Shown here one piece after another: positions 58,046-64,000 of a DNA stretch of 64,000 nt. A program made the translations under genes and the position numbers. The stretch comes from Selaginella moellendorffii (Eukaryota > Plantae > Lycopodiophyta): positions 427,751-491,750 of the forward strand of contig NW_003314339.1 in the NCBI RefSeq assembly GCF_000143415.4, written 5' to 3'. Each line of letters opens with the position of its first letter. Positions within the stretch are counted from its first letter, which is position 1. Under the pieces are notes generated by a model. The model had not been told where the DNA came from. It made no database searches and saw only the letters and a list, made by a program, of their open reading frames with translations.

Positions 58046-61000
58046 GTGGTGTTTGGTGTCATGAGGACAATGGATAATGCCCAAGGGACAAAGTCCCTAG
58101 CGAATGATGGATAAAAGGTGCTATCCAAATGTCCAAGGTTGCGGTGACGGGAGAAGTCCGTCTACCCAAATCGGACAAAGCCAAAGACAGGATTTTGGCA
58201 AGGCTAGTGATAGGCATATGAAGGCCCATAAGTAACAATCGTAATCCTAGTATGGGGGATTACAAGGTGAGCAAACCCGGATTGAGGAACCACTCCCTAG
58301 GCAGTCAAGTAGGTTTATCCTTATGAATACTTGCCAAGGCATGGTAGAAAGTGCAAAGCTATCTTCCTAGTCTGGAGGAGAATAACCGAAGGAAATGTAT
58401 GAAGCCAAAAAAGCAAGTAATATAAGGATAGAACCGAACCATAGGAATTGACAGGCATGACCAAAGGTGGTTATGCAAGTTGGGAGTGGAGAATCAAGTG
58501 GGTGCTCAAGCATGTTATTACTAGCGGCCGGGTTGGTTGGCTAAGGAAGGACGTTCCTGGTTCAAAATGTTGATTTGAACTATTTAAGATGGTGTGGCTG
58601 GTCAAAGTGATCAAATGGGAAGAGCACTTAAGGGAAATAAATTGTGTCCGTGCGATGGCATAGTGAGTCTGAGGAAAGTAGTCTCTATAAGAGACCCATG
58701 GGAGAGTCACGAAGTTAGGCCATGGATAGAGCCCATAGTAGAAGATGCTAAAGAGACGTACTAGGGGTGAACATCCTCTGGACTTGGCAAAAAAGAGTCT
58801 TTGCTATGGAACCAAAGGGATACCTTGAAAATGGAGGTAGCGATCCTATGTTGTTGGGTGCAACAATCATGGATAGAAGCAAAGGACTAGTGGCCAAGTT
58901 TGGGCTATGGAATTTAATAGAAGGGATCCAAATGGCAAAGTTAGCCAAGGAACACTAATGTGTTTGATGCTAACGGCTTGTGGAAAGGAAGTGGACTTCC
59001 AAGGATGGATTCGTAAGTGCTCCAATGTGGCGAAGTGAAAGCTCCAAGTGAGGGAGCGGCAAAGTAGCCAAAAGATAGGGCCATGGACAGCCCTAGCACA
59101 AAATATGATAACTGGAACTCAGTGCCAAAGGTGGCATGAAATCGAACAGAGGATGATGGTGCCCTCAAGTGGAGAACTTCCTAGGATGAGGAAGTGGAGT
59201 TGCACAATATGTGCAATGCAAGGTGTCGGAGACACCTAGGAAATTGACTTCGAGAAGTCAGAATTAAAACTTCCAAAGTGCAAGGGTTATACAGCTGGAA
59301 AGTGAGACCACTCGAGAACGAGTAGTGGGATCGAGCTCGAGAAGGTGTCTCTAACAGGTTTAGTGAGAACTAAACCAATAAAAGGAGAGAACCACCACAA
59401 GTGATCAAATGAGCCTCTAAGTTGGAGAGGCTATGCTCCTTAGAGGACGGGCAAGGCATGGTGAGCCTTTGGTGTCAAACCTTAGACAGATATTGGCTGG
59501 GTGCCAAGGATGGAAATGGTAACACATGCGGGTGTTACTTTATGAAAGGGTTTAACGTTCGATGAGGACATCAAACTTCGTCTATGGGTGGTGGAGTTGT
59601 GAAACACAAAATCCCTAGGCCCCAAAGTGGAGCCGGAAGGGTGCCATGTGGTGGTGGCCAAAGCGAAAACCAAAGGGGGAAGCTCGAGAGGCTCGAGGAG
59701 TGGCAGAAAGCATGGATACCATGTTTTGGTAGAGGAGATCACAAGGAGGTTCGTTGGAGATGGCACCCCCCGGAGTCGATATTGCGGTCAGCACGAAGGG
59801 GGGACGTGGATCTGGACGCGATACGACGGAGACGACCGCAGCCGCTTTTACTGCAGGCCTAGTCTCACTTTAGATGAGGGAGATCCCACTAGGTAACATG
59901 AGATTTGGGCAGCATGCCCAGTTTTTGTATTAGTCCCTACGGGACATTGGGGAATGTACATACACGTTTCACCAAAGCGAAAACCAAATGAGCGTAACAC
60001 GTTTGGACTAAAAGCCCCGACTTGAAAGGTCGAGAGCGAGAGTGGAACTCCCAACAAAGTGCTCAAGGAACGAGCACGAAGCGAGCAATAAGCGAGGCTC
60101 CAAAAAGGGACCCAAAAGGACCAACACATTACACGTGGAAGTGTCCGAGATGGACCCGAGTTGGAGTCCAAAGTGGAGTCCGCGAAGGACCCCGAGATGG
60201 AGTCTAAAGTGGAGTCTAAGAAGGACCCCGAGATGGACCCCGAGATGGAGTCCGAGGTGGAGTCTGAGGTGGACCCGTGATGGAGTCTGAGATGGATCGA
60301 GATTGAGTCTTAGACATACCCGAGATGGAGTCTGAGATGGACCCGAGATGGAGTTTGAGATGGACCCGAGATGGACACGAGATGGAGTCCGAGATGGACC
60401 CAAAATGGAGTCCGAGATGGAGTCCGAGATGGACCCGAGATGGATTCCGAGACGGACCCGAGATGGAGTCCGAAGTCGAGACCGAGACCGAGACCGAGAC
60501 TGGGACCGAGACCGAGACCGAGATCGGGACTGAGACCAAGACCGAGACCGAGGCCGAGGCTGAGACCGAGCCCGAGCCCGAGTCCGAGTCCGAGTTCGAG
60601 TCTGAGAGGGTGAAAGCCCAAAGCGTTCGTGTCCCAGACCCTGGGGGGTTTGGTGAGCTCCAAAAGTATAGTAAGGGGGAGGACTGCAGTGGAGCTAGTT
60701 TGGCCAGGAAAGGCCAGTTTGGCCTAGGAAGGCCGGACCCAGTGTTGGGTGATAAGCTGCCCACTGGGAAGTCCAAGACTAGAGTGAACATGGACCGACA
60801 AGCGGGGTAGCTTGGTGAAGTGTTCAAGAGCTGGCTCTAGTTCCCCCGGGAGATCGACTGGCCGATGCTCCCAGTCCAAGTGTGGGTGGCACTACCTACT
60901 TGGATACCTATCGTGGCTCAATGGAACCTTGCTCTAAGCCCATGGCAAGAGCACCTAAAGGCGAAAGGCGGGGAGAGTACCCATGAGGCTTGCGTAAGGC

Positions 61001-64000
61001 CACAGTGTTCCGAAATGTTGTCCCAAAGTCCCAAACGGTGAAAGGGAAGAGGAGTAGGCATCTAATGCAGTGACCAAGGATATGGTCACAGGGTGAGGAA
61101 GTCCCAAAAGATAGTAGGACTTAGCGGTCAGGCTTGCGGGCCTTGATCCAGTGGCAGTGTTGGCGAACACGCCCATAGACTAAAAGAGACTTGGTGGGGA
61201 CTGGAAAAGAGTTGTCGGGGAAGGCATCCTAAGGATGCTAAGGAGTAGATCCTAAGGATCCTGTAGGCATCCTAAGGATGCTAAGGAGTAGATCTGGGAT
61301 GATCGCTCATGGACAGATGGCCTAGTATTTAAGAGATGGGATTATGATGCAGGTGGCATTAGACCACTAGTGTGACCAAGGTGATTGGGCATGGCCTAGC
61401 GTAACGGGCTGGTATGTCGGTGGTACCTTGGGGTGTCGGTCATGGGATCGGACACGTGGAGCACTTGGACCAAGTGCAAAGGTTGAGTGGCATGGATGCC
61501 ATTCTCAAGGCTGGCAAGCCCCAAGTCCTAACTGGGATTTGTGGAGGCTGTGAATGAGACTCCTCCAAGTGGTTGGAGGTGCAATTAAGTGACTAAAGTA
61601 AAATGGAAAAATCAGTCACTGACAAAAGCAACCTTGGTTCAGAGTTGTATGCAAACACTATGGTGTAGTGTTAACGGATAGTTGGCATGAGAAACACTGT
61701 ATTGGTCTTGGCAAAGACCTAGACACTAATAAGTAGTGTTATAAAGGTAGGCTCGTGGAGCCGATTGTGTGGAGACACCAAATGCGCTAAGGAGTGATAC
61801 CTTGAGGTTATGTTGGTGGGTTCATAAAAACTCCTTACCAAGGGAATTCGAATGGAAATGGGAATGGCATACCCTAAGCTGGAAGGTATGTGGTAGAGTG
61901 TGGTGACCCAAACAATGATGGAGGTGTGGAAGCACCAACAATGAATTGTAGGACTTAAGAACTATGAGGCAACTAAGCAAAAGGTGCAAAATGATTAGTT
62001 AAACCTGTAGAAGGTGACGACCCAAGACTTCTTTTTGGATAAGGAAGTTAGATATACCCATATAGGGGGGATAAATTGTTTATGTTGCGATATAATAAGT
62101 CAATGTCGTAAAGGGAATACTCATTGTCAAAGAGGCCATCATTAAGACACCCAAACACTCTAGGACACCAAAAGGTGGTGTTTGGTGTTGTGAGGGCAAT
62201 AGATAAGGCCCAAGAGACTAAGTCCCTAGTGAATGATGGATAGAAGGTGCTATCCAAATGCCTAAGGTTGCGGAGACTGGAGAAATCCATTTACCCAAAT
62301 TGGATAAAGCCAAAACTGGGATTTTGGCAAGGCTAGTCATGGGCATATAAAGGCCCATAAATAACAACATTAATCCCGGTGTGTGGGATTATAAAGTGAG
62401 CATACCCGGATTGAAGAACCACTCCCTAAGCTATCGGGTAAGTTCATCTCTACGAATACTTGCTAAGGCATGGTAGAAAGTGCAAAGCTATCCTCCTAGT
62501 CCAAAGGAGAATAACCAAAAAAAAGGTTTGAGGCCAAAAGCAAGTAGTAAAGGGATAGAACTAAACCATAGAAATCAAATGGGCATAACCAAGGGTGGTT
62601 AGGCAAGCTGGGAGTGGAGAATCACGAGAGGGCTTGAGCATGTTATTGCTAGCAACCGTGAGGCCATAGAGAGTCTAAAGCATGGAATTATCCATGTTAA
62701 ACCATATGGCAATTAAAAAGCTTGCGAAAGGGGAAACTTTAACAAGCTAAGGGACAGAGTTCCTTCAAGGTTCCTAAAGACAATTCTAGAAAGTTTAATA
62801 CCTAGAAAGCCAAGGGTAAATGCTTCATAGAATGCGCAAAATAAAAGTGGCATAGCAGAAATGTGGTTTTGAAGCTTGCCATGAGGCAATGATATCAACA
62901 TTGGGGACGTAGTCCTCAAGTGTTCAAAGGGATGGCTTTAAACGAAAGTCGATGGTCAAGGACTTTCACGCTTATGCATGAAACTATGTTACGTTGGTTG
63001 GATAACTTGCTAAGCGAGATTGGCAAGTCAAGGGAACAAATCCCTTTATTGAAGGTGCTAACTTCAAAAGAGGTGGCCCATAGGGCCAAGCATGGAGGAG
63101 TCTATGCATGATCACAGACTTGTCAAGTGAGAAGACTTGGCAATGCGGAGGAACTAGATTCCTAATCTGTGATCTGTAGCGCGCTTTAAGCATAAGTTGG
63201 TGCACCAGCGTGGGGAGTCACACCAGGCATCTTGAATGATGCCTTCCATAGATGCATATACGGAGGTTGGTTTCGAGTCCCGACCCTCTAATGCTTGGGT
63301 TTGAGTCCCAACTCACTAGGGCACGGTGATGGTTTGAAATATGAGGACACTCATTTTTCAGTGGTCATGGACTCTCAGTAAGGAGACTGGCTTGGGCACA
63401 CCGCAAAGCAGGGGATGCCCCGGAGTCGTGACGCACAGTTAGATTGCTTAGTGTGGCTCAGCATATTTAACTTGAACACTTTGGTGCGAGTGGCACCAAG
63501 GACATGGTGAATGAGATGGGGACACCCAGTCTCAGTTGCTATGGACCCTTAGCTAGAAGGGCTGGCTTGGGTGCACCGCCAAATGTGGGGGATGCTCTCG
63601 GGGTTATGGTGAACAACTTAAAGGTCTGGAGGACTTAATACCTATTGGCAAACTTGTTAAGGTGCCAAGGCTAGATTGCTAGGTAATCTTATGGCTAAAA
63701 CAAGGACAAAGTCCTTGTAAGATTAAGGGATAAGGTTCCTAGTTCAAAGTGTTGATTTGAACTATTGATGATGGTGTGGCTTGGTCAAGATGACCAAATG
63801 GAAAGAACACCTAAGGGAAATGATTTGTGATAATGCGATGGCATAGTGAGTCCGAGGAAAATAGTCTCTATAAGAGACCCATGGGAGGGTCACAAAGTTG
63901 GGCCAAGGATAGAGCCCACAGTAGAAAATGCTAAAGAGATGTACTAGGGGTGAATACCCTCTGGACTTGGCAAAGCAAAGTTTTTGCTATGAAACCGAAA
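58046..64000 (+). mobile_element. Nested family-B fragments: internal pieces, LTR 59598-61624, then internal sequence running off the window
   Basis: Reverse-complement homology to 36414-37480 and 53300-55650. PPT GGGTGGTGGAGT before TGTGAAACAC at 59598; LTR end ..GTCACTGACA at 61624. Confidence 0.82.
59675..59971 (+). mobile_element. ~300-bp 5'-truncated non-LTR (LINE-like) insertion with a 17-bp TSD
   Basis: CCAAAGCGAAAACCAAA is duplicated at 59658-59674 and 59972-59988. The insert is absent from other LTR copies and carries a Trp-rich ORF end (..EEWQKAW..WRWHPP..LLLQA*) followed by UTR-like sequence. Confidence 0.7.

Overview
Eukaryotic land-plant genomic DNA with very short (~50 bp) GT-AG introns and extreme gene density. 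This looks like a compact lycophyte genome such as Selaginella, but that is inference. The window has three parts. (1) 1-13.3 kb is a tight block of housekeeping genes: PILS auxin carrier, an intronless DELLA-subfamily GRAS gene, NAA30, SYP4 syntaxin, an uncharacterised plant protein, PAS2/HACD, SPO11-3/TOP6A, a MAGE/NSE3 gene and a head-to-head pair of thylakoid FKBP genes. (2) 13.3-24 kb is a transition zone with an AT-rich fold-back element, a scrambled alpha-COP pseudogene, a beta-carotene hydroxylase pseudogene and a VDE gene lacking its acidic tail. (3) 24-64 kb is a nest of transposons: a decayed full-length Ty3/gypsy chromovirus (24764-32255, TSD CCGAG), several copies of a related non-coding LTR family, a 5'-truncated LINE-like insert and a 13.4 kb TIR DNA transposon (38463-51843, TSD CCAA). 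That transposon is the most notable feature. It carries a Sola-like DDE/D transposase and a divergently transcribed multi-exon gene fusing a ParB/Srx-like domain, a degenerate amino-methyltransferase-like fold and an FCP1-like HAD phosphatase domain. It also carries more than 20 copies of an element-restricted 22-bp palindrome (ATGGCRTG-N6-CAYGCCAT), many in introns. This suggests a ParB/parS-like self-recognition or anti-silencing system on a plant transposon (hypothesis).
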